Shown: one piece after another, positions 1 to 12,837 of the stretch
Position numbering within the stretch: position 1 is the stretch's first letter
How the letters are laid out: each line of letters begins with the position of its first letter
DNA from: Octopus sinensis
Lineage: Eukaryota
Length of the DNA: 64,000 bases
Direction of reading: 5' to 3'
NCBI RefSeq assembly: GCF_006345805.1
Contig: NC_043021.1
Coordinates: 16,616,001 to 16,680,000, forward strand
Notes under the pieces: model-generated
Told to the model about the DNA's origin: nothing
The model's input: only the letters and a program-made list of their open reading frames with translations
Databases searched by the model: none
Translations under genes and position numbers: made by a program

Positions 1-966
1 CAGTGAAGGCAACATCCCTGCTCTATGATGTAAATGTTAGCACAACTAACCTTACCAGTCTTCTATTGATGTCTGACACAGAAAATTAAACATCATGGTG
101 TGTGTGTGTATTTGTGTATTGATTTAGGCATTTGTATGCAACATACTGGACGTAAAAATGACAACTAACTCCTGGAAAAAGATGTTAAGATTTATAAAGA
201 TTTACAATTTACTTTGGACGTATTTATGGCATAGAGGTTTGGTGCAGGAGTAATAATCAAGAGCGAATGTCAAGAAACATTCTGTCATAAGTCTGGTTCA
301 AGGGATTGGAGAAAGTTTGATGAAAAACAAAAAGCCTGTCGTTTGAGTTTTGACAGGACAAAGTAATTTATTGAAATAATAGTAGTTTGTCTATGGTTTG
401 AACTAAATTGATTTGTATAAAGCTTGAAATAAAATAGTGGCATTAGAATTGTGATTGCTAAATTTGTAATGAGAGTTGTAATTTGTTGTTATTGTTGTTG
501 TTGTTGTTGCTCATGACAACTTTGGTCAAGGAGACCTATAATCAAAATCATTCCAGTCATGACAGCCTCGTTTTTTTTTTTTACAGGGATATCTAGAATT
601 ACACTAACCTGTGCTTTTCCTACTCAAGAAGGTGATGACGTATGATTCAAGGGTGACTTCATTCACATGCATTCCTAGCATATCAAGCAACCACACAGAG
701 GTTTCATTATTCACATTGTTTTAAATTAGTCATGTATTATCTTGTAGTTTCAAGATCTTGATGATGTTGTCGCCGTTGTCGTCGTCATCACCATCATCAT
801 CATTTAACGTCCATTTTCCATGCTGGCATGGGTTAGATGGCTTGAATGAAACTGGTTAGTTGCAAAGCTGCACCAGACTTTAGTGGTTTCTACAGCTGGA
901 TGCCCTTCCTAGCACCAACCACTCAATAGAGTGTATGAGGTACCTTTTACTTGTCACTGACATGGG

Positions 967-1266
967 TGTTGTTGTTGTTAAGCAACAAGACAGGTAAGGG
1001 TGATTAGGTGATGGTCTAGGGCTTAGGGGCGGGAGACCCCAGACCTTGGGGAAAAAAACAAAAAAACTTTGGTTGTCTTGCTGTAGTCGAGGGCTCCTCG
1101 TTGACGCCCGACACCACTGGGAGGTGGCCCTTGATGTTGCTGGAAATGGAGATCTCCAGGTCCAAATTCTTGGATGGCTGCTGCTGTTCCTGTTGTTGTT
1201 GGTGGTGATGGTGGTAGTGGTTGGTGTTGTGGCTGCTGCAGTTGTTGTTGTCGTTGCTGCTGCTGC

Positions 1267-1309
<43 letters not shown>

Positions 1310-1515
1310 AAGCAACAAGATGGGTAAGGGTGATTAGGTGATGGTCTAGGGCTTAGGGGCAGGAGACCCCAGACCTTGGGAAAAAAAACAAAAAAACTTT
1401 GGTTGTCTTGTTGTAGTCAAGGGCTCTTCATTGACACTCGACACCAACCACTGGGAGGTGGCCCTTGAAGTCGCTGGAAATGAAGATCTTCAGGTGCAAA
1501 TTCTTGAACGGCTGA
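967..1515. repeat. ~335-bp tandem duplication bounded by (GTT)n tracts
   Basis: AAGCAACAAGA..GGTAAGGGTGATTAGGTGATGGTCTAGGGC..GGAGACCCCAGACCTTGGG occurs at ~980 and ~1310. Confidence 0.85.
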
Positions 1516-1666
1516 CATGGGTGTCACAATGCCATTGTAGGGTAGGTATGAGAGGCCAGATCTGGCTGGCTTGAACATAGAACATGCAGAATATTTAGGC
1601 TGGATATGGACAATTTCAATGCCAGTGGATTAGTGCTTTTGGCTAATATCATATGTTGGTGAACAT

Positions 1667-2095
1667 AGGCGCAGGAGTGGCTGTGTGGTAAGTAGCTTGC
1701 TAACCAACCACATGGTTCTGGGTTCAGTCCCACTGTGTTGCATCTTGGGCAAGTGTCTTCTGCTATAGCCCCGGGCCGACCAATGCCTTGTGAGTGGATT
1801 TGGTAGACAGAAACTGAAAGAAGCCTGTCGTATATATGTATATATATATATATATATGTATGTGTTTGTGTGTTTGTGTTTGTCTCCCTTAGCATTGCTT
1901 GACAGCCGATGCTGGTGTGTTTACGTCCCCGTCACTTAGCGGTTCGGCAAAAGAGACCGATAGAATAAGTACTGGGCTTACAAAGAATAATAAGTCCCGG
2001 GGTCAATTTGCTCGACTAAAGGCAGTGCTCCAGCATGGCCGCAGTCAAATGACTGAAACAAGTAAAAGAGTAAAAGAGCAAAAGAGTAAAAGAAT
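1667..2095 (+). mobile_element. SINE family A (tRNA head, internal (TA/TG)n, (AAAAGAGT)n tail)
   Basis: TGGCTGTGTGG A box and GGTTCAGTCCC B-box-like motif. There are >15 highly similar copies in the window. Confidence 0.9.
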
Positions 2096-2591
2096 AGTTA
2101 TTTGGAATAACAGTTCTACAATAAAGAACAGTACGGTTATTGGAATAACAATAATAGTAAAAATTCTGAATTCATATTAATGATTTCTAGAACAAATCAA
2201 AGAATATTTTAAGCAACAACATAGTCTTCAATTCTATCCAACAGAATTTGCTGGAGCACGATGGCTCGGTACACTGCTTCTCAAAGATGGTGTTCCCATT
2301 GTACTTCTTCAAAATTTAGAGCAAGTGTAGCTGTGTGGTTAAGAAATTTGCATCCCAGCCACATGGTTTAGGTTTCAATCCTGCTGTGTGACTCCTTGGG
2401 CAAATGCCTTCTGTTGTAGCCTCTGACTGACCAAAGCCTTGTGAGTGGATTTGGTACATAGAAACTCAAATGAGAGTCTGTCATTACATGCATACACATA
2501 CAATTATGGCAGTGCTCCAGCATGGTCGCAGCTTTAGGGCTGAAATGTATAAAAGAATAAAAGAATAAACATGTGTACATACACACACAGT

Positions 2592-2895
2592 GGAGGCGCA
2601 ATGGCCCAGTCGATAGGACAGCGGACTCGCGGTCGTAAGATCGCGGTTTCGATTCCCAGACCGGGCGTTGTGAGTGTTTATTGAGCGAAAACACCTAAAA
2701 GCTCCACGATGCTCCGGCAGGGGGTGGTGATCCCTGCTGTACTCTTTCACCACTCTTTCACCACTATTTCTTCTGTTGGCCTGCTCGCTTAGTCAACGGG
2801 GTGGCGTCATTCGAAGGCTAAAACAATGCGAACGCATTGTGACCAGCGATGTGTAGCAACATCTGATGGTCTGGTCGGTCATGTGATCACGTGAT
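2592..2895 (+). mobile_element. SINE family E (tRNA-Arg-like head); second copy at 40205-40400
   Basis: GGAGGCGCAATGGCCCAG..GGACTCGCGGTC..GGTTTCGATTCCC, ending in GTCATGTGATCACGTGA. Confidence 0.8.
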
Positions 2896-4178
2896 CACAT
2901 ACACACACATACACACGACGATGATGATGAGGAGGAGGAGGAGGTGGTGGTGGTGGTGGAGGAGGTGGAGGAGGAGAGTGGTGGTGGTGGTAGTGGTAGT
3001 GGTGAGGATGATGATGATGATGACGACGACGACGACGACGATGATGAGGAGGAGAAGGAGGAGGAGGAGGAGAATAAGTCGAGTGATCTGGAAAGAACTG
3101 ATTGATTAGGTTGACCGATATAAATGCCAAGAGAATGGCTTCCAGCAGGGTCAGTCAGTTCACCCATGTTGTTTCGCTGTGGACTGGTGAAAGTCGACCG
3201 GAGGTGAAGGTATTTGGTGAGTTAAAGGATGAATATGTCCGCTTCATTAAAGATGGCTCGTTTGGCTTCTTATCGAAGATGGAAACATGTTTTTTTATTT
3301 GTGTTGTGTTGTGTTGATCATCTATGCTTGACTTTTTACTTATATGGATGCGTAGAAAGTGTGTGTGTGTGTAGATCTATTTGCCTGCATGTGTGTGTAT
3401 AAGTGGCGGTGTGTATACACACATATCTATAATTCACTATACATGCATATGCACACACACATATGTGCACATGCACACACTCCTCTATACATATATATAT
3501 TTCATATATACATATATATATCCATCCATCATTCACTACTAAACACTCACACACATACACATGCACACACACACACACACACACAGACTCACCTATACAT
3601 ATATATTTTTCATATATATATATATATATACATATATATCCATCATTCACTACTAAACACATACACACACACACATTGTGCATTTGTGTGCACAATGAAT
3701 ATCATTTCTCTACAGTTCAAAATGCATGTGCATATGTGTATACAAACAAGCTTGCATGCATGTATGCATATATATGTACACACGGACATATGTTTGTACA
3801 TACAAGTATTCTGAAGAAAATAGGAATGGTCAGAAAATAATCTTTCTTTTTCTACAAAAAACCGAATTAGCTGATTGGTAATCAGTGTTATTTCACCGAA
3901 GACTCTCTCTGTTGGCAATCTATGGGAATGGTCCAATTAATTTAAAGATTTGGGATTTTGGAATTGAAATGAATGTTACTTGATGGCTTGTAGCTACATC
4001 ACATTCCATAAACCTCTACATTGTAGGTTCGAATTCTTCCAAACACCATTTTGATTTTATCCTTCTAGAGCCAATAAAAGAAGCAGAAGAATTATACAGG
4101 AGCCCGGTGAGAACTCCAAAATGGTCACAGATTTGCACTGATACAATTTGGCACCAGTGTCATCACAGATATTGCTTT

Positions 4179-4410
4179 GGCGGCAAGCTGGCAGAATCGT
4201 TAGCACGCCGGGCGAAATGCTTATCGGTATTTTGTCTGCTGCTACGTTCTGGGTTCAAATTCCGCCGAGGTCGACTTTGCCTTTCATCCTTTCAGGGTCG
4301 ATAAATTAAGTACCAGTTTTGCACTGGGGTCGATATAATCGACTTAATCCGTTTGTCTGTCCCTGTTTGTCCTCTCTGTGTTTAGCCCCTTGTGGGTAGT
4401 AAAGAAATAG
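4179..4410 (+). mobile_element. SINE family B; other copies at 8184-8620 (x2), 16925-17395 (x2, -), 43215-43360, 54855-55490, 61030-61445
   Basis: GGCGGCAAGCTGGCAGAATCG..GGGTTCAAATTCCGCCGAGGTCGACTTTGCCTTTCATCC..TAAAGAAATA. Confidence 0.85.
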
Positions 4411-4774
4411 ATATTGCTTTCATAACCATTTGATAATTATTCCTCTCCCCTTAATTTCTTTGATATCAAGCCACCTGAGACAGCTCTCCGTTCTATGATA
4501 CATGCTAAGACCCCCTTTGGTCATGACTGACCGTGGGATTGCACCTAGAAAGTTACCCTCCGAGGCACAGGTCCAGGCAAGGTTGTTTATGGAAGACAAG
4601 CAGTCACCCATGCATACCGGCCTCCCCTCTCCACGCTACCAGTGTTATCCAAGGAAAAGGCAAAGGCCGATAACTTTATCATTAAGCTGGTGTTTGGAAC
4701 ATAAATCACGCTAGAAATGTAAAGGAAGATTTTAATTTAGATCATGTTAAATGGGGAAATATGTATCGTAAGTG

Positions 4775-4920
4775 AAGGTGCATGGCCCAGTGATTAGAGT
4801 GTCGAGCTTACGATTATGAAGTTGTGAGTTTGAATCCTGGACCAGGTTGCGTGTTGTGTTCTTGAGCAAGACACTTTATTTCACGTTACTCCAGTTCACT
4901 CAGCAGTAAAATGAGTTTGT
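4775..4920 (+). mobile_element. SINE family C head and core
   Basis: GGTGCATGGCCCAGTG..GAGTTTGAATCC..TTCTTGAGCAAGACAC..CAGTTCACTCAGC. Confidence 0.7.
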
Positions 4921-5079
4921 GGAGAGACCTAACAGCTGTTCTGGGACTGGCATCAACTTGTTCTGCTATGTCAGAAGCCTTGCAATGAGGATTATCCTCC
5001 ACATTTCTCCTAACAAATAAGTGAATTTATGGATTTGGCAAACGAAAACTGAAAGAAGCCTATCGTATGTATATATATA

Positions 5080-5111
<32 letters not shown>

Positions 5112-5200
5112 GAAAAAACAAGTCAGGATAGAAAATACTAAAATAATTTTATAAAGAACATTTCAGTACCGGTTTCAGTCATTGAGAGCTTTTCAACTGT

Positions 5201-5258
<58 letters not shown>

Positions 5259-6938
5259 CAAAGAAAGTTAGACGTTGTGAATCCAACCAACAAAGGGATA
5301 GTAACCATCCAATATACTGCTGGTAGAATGTCTAATTAATACACAAATGTTGGTTATTGCATGGCAATTACCCTACTGAGTATAATAATTAGGTGAGGGT
5401 AATAAGAGGTTTTACCCTTAATTTATATGGCAGGAAGAAAATGGAGGGAATCCAGAGGTAGTGTTCATCAGTTGTTAGACATTATAATATGCCTATTTAT
5501 TTATTTTAAACAGTTCAGAAAATATATGAATACATGTGTTAGTAATTTCTAGAATAGAGAAAGAAGAGCAGTTTCTTACAGCTGTTTCAGCAAAGAGGTT
5601 ACAGTACCTCATATGTTATTTCTGTCTTTTCAGTGTATTGTAAATCTTTAGATAAAATTAGGGTACTTGGGTATGCCTCTATGTGTGTGTGTGTGTGTGT
5701 GTTTGTGCGTGTATGTATATATGTACGTATGTATGTATCTATGTATGTACATATGTATATATCTATGTATGTACATATGTACATATCTATGTGAGTGTGT
5801 CTTTGCCTGTATTTATTCATCCCATCACTGCTTGACAACCGGTGATGGTGTGTTTACGTCCCCTGACTTCAGCAAAAGAGTATGGTAGAATAAGTACTAA
5901 GCTTAAAAAAAATAAGTCCCGGGGTCGATTTGTTTGACTAAAAACCCCTTCCAGGCAGTGCTCCAGCATGACCACAGTCAAATGACTGAAACAAGTAAAA
6001 CAATAAAAAAATAAAGAATATAATAAATACAACACCTAATAATTGTGGATATTGTAAAATTGTAAACCTGTCCTACACATTCAAACGTAAATAAAAAATT
6101 TTTTTTAAAAACCACCATTTTATATTTATGTTCAGGGCATTGAGCAAAACAAATAATAAGAAAAAAATATGTTGTTATAAAGGTCAGTTATCCTATGACT
6201 ATGAATATTTCATAGAAAATCAATTAGGAAAAGAGAATATTTATAGACAAATGTTTAACCACCTTCGAATTATTCACCCTGTTTACAAATTAACATCTGT
6301 GCATCTGTCATTCAGGAAGTTTATGTGAGTCAGTGAGTTGTATTAATGGTGAACAGATGGTATTGTTATGCAAAGAAGAAAAAGTAGGAAAAATTAAAAA
6401 AAGACTGTGACGTGCGGGTTTTTCTGTAAGTGCAGTTTGTATGCAAAATAGTGCAAATATGCAAGTCATTCATGAATTTAGTTTGTAATTCTGTAAGGTT
6501 GGTGCTTTCTAAATTCCAGGTAGTTCAGGTATTCGGTTTCATGAGTAGGAGACAATACCACCGAAAGAAGTCAAAAACAACACAAACACACACACACACA
6601 CACACACACGCACGCACATACACACACACACACACATACGCACACGCACACAAGACATGGAAGAAATAAGTATGATCTTGGCTTATAGAAAACCTCTTGC
6701 TAAAGAATAGTTTGTTTCATTTCATGAACTGTGTCTCTTTTGGTCGCGTTAAAAGACAGAATCACATATGGGGCCACGTGCGTGTGTGTATGTATGTGTG
6801 TGTTAAATATAAAAGGGATAGAGATATTTTGTATGTCTGATTGTACCTTGTATCACCACAAAGCCACCATTTAAACATTTGAACCTGCATCAAAAATATG
6901 GCTGTCGTCTTTGAACTACCCTGGTTGTCTTGTCTGAT

Positions 6939-7897
6939 CAAATTCAGAATTGAGTTCTTCAAACGGTGGGTCCTCTTCTTTCTGCAAGGTTGGAGCCTTT
7001 TGGCTCATCATCAAAATCTGTCTTCATTGTGTCTTTTCTATAAGCATCTCCATGGTCATTGCCCTAATGAACTTCCTTGTCTAGCACCTTCTGTCAAAAC
7101 CTTAAAATGGGTCCCTCTGCTTCTCTTCCTTGGCACATTTTTTTCTCTGTTGAGCTTTCTGTTAATCATAAGTCCTTCTATTTGTTGTTCTCTGGAACTC
7201 ATTTCCATCATTTTCTTTTCAAATTGAGAATCAAGTTGTTAACACGGTGGATCCTTATCTTTCTACTTGGCATCTTTGGCTCATCATCAAAATGTATCTT
7301 TGTTGTGTCTTTTCTATAAGCGTCTCCATGGTCATTGCTCTAATGAACTTCCTTGTCTCATCTTCTGTCAATGATGAGGATGTTGGTGGTGGTGATGCAT
7401 ATGAGGTCACCTCCTTCCCACCTCTCCACACCTATCTCTGCTTACTTACCTCAATGGCTCCTCCTGCCCTCCCCTTCTCTCTCCAGGCACATTTTTTTCT
7501 CTGTTGAGCTTTCTGGTAATCACAAATCCTTTTATCCTAACAGCTTCTCTCCTCAGACTGCTCCTCTCTGGAACTCATAACCATCATTTTCTTTTCAAAT
7601 TTAGAATCAAATTATCAACATGGTGGATCCTCTTCTTTCTACTTGGCTAAAGTCTTTTGCTCATCATCAAAATGTATCTTCATTTTGTTTCTTTAATAAG
7701 TATTTCCCTGGTCATTGCTCTAATGAATTTCCTTGTCTAGCGCCTTCCATATAAACCTTAAAATGTGTCCCTCTGCTTCTCTTTCCAGGCACATTATTTC
7801 TCTGTTGAGCTTTTTGGTAGTCATAATTCCTTTATTCTAATAGCTTCTCTCCTCAAACTGCTCCTCTCTGGAACTCACCACCATTATCTTGTTTTCC
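6939..7897 (+). mobile_element. Three tandem diverged ~300-bp copies of a CR1/L2-clade LINE ORF2 3' end
   Basis: Units at 6939, 7221 and 7598. LAHHQNLSSLCLFYKHLHGHCPNEL and NSFSPQTAPLWNS resemble the HRRxxxSLxLFYRYxHGxCSxEL and SFFPRTxxLWNSLP motifs. Confidence 0.7.
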
Positions 7898-8639
7898 TCT
7901 GATCTATGATATTCAGCCCTTTAGGCTTCCTGACAATTAGGGATAATTTGAATTTGTAGCCTCCTTTTTACCCCTTCTTTGTAGTCCCTTTATGCTAGAG
8001 TGGCCTCAAGCCTTGTTAGGGATATGACCAATTATAAACAATAAAGCTTTTTTAAAAATTGTTAAATCATCTGATGTAAGCTTTGGTTGTCTTTAACCAT
8101 AGTCACACTTCAAGAGGACATCCAGTTAAAGAAGAATAAAAGTATCAAGAATGTAAAATATAAGATGTGTGGTTAGGAAGTTTGCTGGCAGAAATGTTAG
8201 CCCGCTGGGTGAAATGCTTAGCGGTATTTCATCTGTCTTTATGCTCTGAGTTCAAATTCCACCAAGGTCGACTTTGCCTTTCATCCTTTTTGAGTCGATA
8301 AATTAAGTACCAGTTGTATACTGAGGTCAATCTAATCGACTGGCCCCCTCCCCCAAAATTTCGGGCCTTGTGCCTAGAGCTAAAAAGAATATTTCTTATT
8401 TTGTAAAGCGGCAAGCTGGGAGAAATGTTAGCACGCTGGGTGAAATGCTTTGTGGTATTTCATCTGTTTTACATTCTGAGTTCAAATTCCACTGAAGTCG
8501 ACTTTGCCTTTCATCCTTTTGGGGTTGATTAATTAAGTACCAGTTGCGCACTGGGGTCGATCTAATCAACTGGCCCCCTCTCTAAAAATTTTGGGCCTTA
8601 TGCCTAGAGTAGGAAAGAATATAAATATTTTCAACAAAT

Positions 8640-9070
8640 GACATAAGCTGTGTGCCTAGGAAGTTTGCTTCCCACCTACAAGGTTTGGGGTTCAGTCCCA
8701 CCGAGTGGAACCTTGGGCAAGCGTCTTTCTGCTGTAGTACCAAGCTAACCAAAGCTTTCTGAGTGGATTTGGAAGATGGAAACTGAAAAAAGCCTGTCAT
8801 ATATGCATGTGTGTGCATGTATGTGTGATTTTGTGAGTCCTTGCTTCGACACATGATAGTTGTAAACAAGTATCACTTCAATACAAGCAGTGTTATTTGT
8901 TTGTAATCGTCCATGAAAATAAGTCTGGTCATCATGAAATATCACCTTGCTTGGAAACAAGTGACAGTTGGTGACAGGAAAAGCATCCAGCCAAAGAAAA
9001 TCTGCCTCAATAAATTTCATCCAACCTATATAGGTGTGGAAATATAGATGTCAAAACAATGATGATGATG
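8640..9070 (+). mobile_element. SINE family F (family-A head with a different (GAT)n tail); other copies at 31340-31615, 35785-36200, 48845-49135
   Basis: The head matches family A up to GAAACTGAAA. The tail then reads GATAGTTGTAAAC..CCTTGCTTGGAAACA..GGAAAAGCATCCAGCC..(GAT)n. Confidence 0.75.
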
Positions 9071-9890
9071 TCACAACATCACTGAAAATGAAAGGGAGAC
9101 ATAATTTTAAGTTTTACAAATAGTTTATTAGGTTTTTTTTTCTTTCAAGAAAACTATGTTGCTTGTACACAAACATATTTTTATCTCTGGGATTCATATT
9201 AATCTGACCTCTATTTTTTGGCCTGTCCAGCAAGGGAGACCCTACCAAGGGCTTACACTCCACTGGCAGAGCTCTCTGGGTCACTGAGGCACACAAGCGA
9301 CAACATTGTAATGAGAACTAGACCTTGTGGCAGATATCTTCCCTTTAGCCTCCTAGCTTGCCAGTTCTCAATCAAATCGTCCAGCCCATGCCAGCATGGA
9401 AACTAGACGTTAAATGATGATGATGATGATGATGATGATTGGCTGATATAAGGCAGTGAATTGGCAGAAATGTTATCATGGTGAGCAAAATGCTTAGCAA
9501 CAGTCTTCTAGCTTTACGTCTTGAGTCATCAGTTGGGTACTGTAAAAAAACGGTTATCTTCTCGAGTTATGTCGACTCATAAAGGCCAGTTTCTCGGTTT
9601 CATGGCATAGATATTCCCCACTTAAATGGGACACTGGTCTGTCGAAGGATTAGTCCTTTTTGCCAGCTAAGTGGACTGGAGCAATATGAAATGAAGTGTT
9701 TTTCTCAAGAACACCACACGTTGTCCAGTCCAGGAATTGAAACATCTATCTTACAATCATGAGTCCAACACCCTAACCACTAAGCCATGAGTCTCCACAG
9801 TTGAGTTCTGGGGTCAATGTAATAAAAAAAAATTCAGGTCTTGTGCTTATAGTAGTAAGAATTATTATACATGAATATATTCTTACTATG

Positions 9891-10125
9891 AAGGTGCATG
9901 GTTTTGTTGTTAGGGTGTTGGACTCATGATCATAAGATTGTGGTTTCAATTCCTGGACTGGGCGATGCCTTGTGTTTTTGAGCAAGTCACTTCATTTCGC
10001 ATTCCTTCAGTCCACTCGGCTGGCAAAAATGTGTAATCCTGCGATGGAGTGGCATCCCGTCCAGGTGGAAAATATATATACCACAGGATTCAGGAAACCA
10101 GCCTTATGAGCCTATGGCTTGCAAA
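9891..10125 (+). mobile_element. SINE family C with a different 3' tail
   Basis: Same head and core as 32779. The tail reads CCTGCGATGGAGTGGCATCCCGTCCAGG. Confidence 0.7.
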
Positions 10126-10163
10126 GGACCTTTGATCTTTTTTTTTTATATATATATATATAT

Positions 10164-10670
<507 letters not shown>

Positions 10671-10832
10671 GTATATATTTAAGCATCTTGATTGTTACAG
10701 TCACAATATTTTGGTCATTGTACCTTTGCAGCTTCCTTCAGATGTCTGTTGGATTTGACAATATTTTCAGCTGGTGCCCCAGCATAACTGCAGCTCTTGA
10801 GCTGAAACTTGTCAAAGAGTTAAAGAATTATA

Positions 10833-11784
10833 GAGTAATGTCTCGATATAAGAGTTAACTCGTTCCCAGAGACCACTCATAAAGCAAAAAACTTGTCAAG
10901 CAGAGCAATAATTTCCCATAGTAGCAATGTTATAAATCGTATTTCGTTCTCAGAAAAATATTTTAGCTATAAAATTTATAATACTCATAAATAAATGGCA
11001 ATAAGACAACTGTAAAATGTAAAGAATATTTTATGTAAAGTAAAAAGAATGTCAAGATCGTTTACTCTTTTCTCTCTTTTACTTGTTTCAGTCATTTGGC
11101 TGCGGCCATGCTGGAGCACCGCCTTTAGTCGAGCAAATCGACCCTGGGACTTATTCTTTGTAAGCCCAGTACTTATTCTATCGGTCTCTTTTGCCGAACT
11201 GCTAAGTGACGGGGACGTAAACACACCAGCATCGGTTGTCAAGCAATGCTAGGGGGACAAACACAGACACACAAACATACACACACACATACATATATAT
11301 ACATACATATATACGACAGGCTTCTTTCAGTTTCTGTCTACCAAATCCACTCACAAGGCTTTGGTCGGCCCGAGGCTATAGCAGAAGACACTTGCCCAAG
11401 ATGCCACGCAGAGGGACTGAATTTATAAATAAAAAATGTTATTATTGTAATCGTTTTCTGAATCACTTTCACTCGCACTAGACTCGTGCACACCACCAAT
11501 TGTAGACATAATTGCTGATTTACAAGCACTCATAGATGGACCTGGAGATTTCTTTTTTATAAACAAGTCTAGAGGTGTTTGCTTAGAAGTTTTTCTTTGC
11601 TTTCTGTAAATTTCTCTGTAACATGCAGAAACATCTGTTATGGTAATAGAAACTTCTGCACTTGATTCAAAATTTGGGTCTTGTTCTTAAAACATTTCAG
11701 CTCACCATTCAAAAGTGAGCTGAAGAACAAAACTCATAAACCTGGGTCTTGTAAAGTGCTTCGCTGTAAGATGAGGTATTACTG
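10833..11784 (-). mobile_element. Internally deleted Tigger/pogo-type transposon, interrupted by SINE A
   Basis: Minus strand TA-CAGTAATACCTCATCTTAC at 11784 and a decayed partner end at 10833. Minus-strand EQDPNFESSAEV..ACYREIYRKQRKTSKQTPLDLFIKK resembles Tigger transposase C-termini. Confidence 0.6.
11066..11417 (-). mobile_element. SINE family A, 5'-truncated
   Basis: Reverse-complement match to family A. Confidence 0.85.
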
Positions 11785-12363
11785 TAGTTCCAAACCCTTT
11801 ATTAAACCCACAGCAAGTGGTTGGCGTTAGGAAGGGCATCCAGCTGTAGAAACTCTGCCAGATCAAGATTGGAGCCTGGTGCAGCCATCTGATCACCAGT
11901 CGTCAGTCAAATCATCCAACCCATGCTAGCATGGAAAGCGGACGTTAAACGATGATGATGATGATGATGATGACAGCAAGTAGACTGTTCCTATTCTGTT
12001 GTCCATACCACAAATAAACCCCCTTATTAATTATTCTGCTCCCTGTGATGTCACTGCTTCATTTATCTCACATTTATTTAGCCTGACTGACTGACCTATG
12101 GTTTGAACCCATGATCATTAGCTACGCAGCTCAGCTTATATTCACTATTTTATTGCCCTATAGGACAATTAGGAAGTGGAAAGCTGGGGCCTTATTATGG
12201 TCATAGGCTCCCCCCCCCCATTTTTATTGCTTTTCATATGGTTTTCATCACCATACTGAGTTGACTGAGAAAGTTATCAAAATCATACGCAGTGATTATT
12301 TCTATTGTCTTATCTAAAACAACTAAATTGGGCCAAGAATACTAGTCTGAATATATTAGCACA

Positions 12364-12528
12364 TACATTATTTACATTATTTACATTTGATGGATATTTG
12401 CCCTCATCTTGTTTGTTGTTAACACAGCGTTTCGGCTGATATACCCTCCAGCCTTCATCAGGTGACTTGGGGGAAATTTTGAACCTGGGTTCTCATTCCT
12501 AAGGTATTTTTCGATATTGTTGTTGTTG

Positions 12529-12585
<57 letters not shown>

Positions 12586-12703
12586 TCACTGTCTGGAATT
12601 GAACTCGGAATCTTGAGGTTAGTATATCAGCCGAAACGTTGTGTTAACAACAAAAAAGATGAGGACAAATATCCGTCAAATGTAAATAATGTAAATAATG
12701 TAC
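12364..12703 (-). mobile_element. 5'-truncated copy of the same element with an inverted ~80-bp copy of its own 3' end
   Basis: 12364-12624 on the minus strand reads head remnant, (AAT)n, tail. 12623-12703 is the reverse complement of 12364-12444. Confidence 0.75.
12421..12466 (-). ncRNA. Minimal type-I hammerhead motif
   Basis: Minus strand: GTCAC CTGATGA A GGCTG GAGGGTATAT CAGCC GAAAC GCT GTGTT. Confidence 0.6.
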
Positions 12704-12837
12704 GTAATTCCTCATCCCTTAAGTATAGATCTGTATAGAACTATATCAGCATATATCAGATGTTTGGACAAAATTGAGCAAAAGATTGTGAACCACGTTT
12801 TGGCTCTTTTTTTACGCAAGAAGAATAAATTTACATT

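Noticed and set aside
1016-3167. Poly-N/Q/H/P/S/V ORFs
   Set aside because: They are trinucleotide microsatellites attached to repeat elements.
3102-3317. 71-aa ORF with VFGELK, weakly like RTE C-termini or an exon
   Set aside because: The similarity is too short, and the splice sites are unconvincing.
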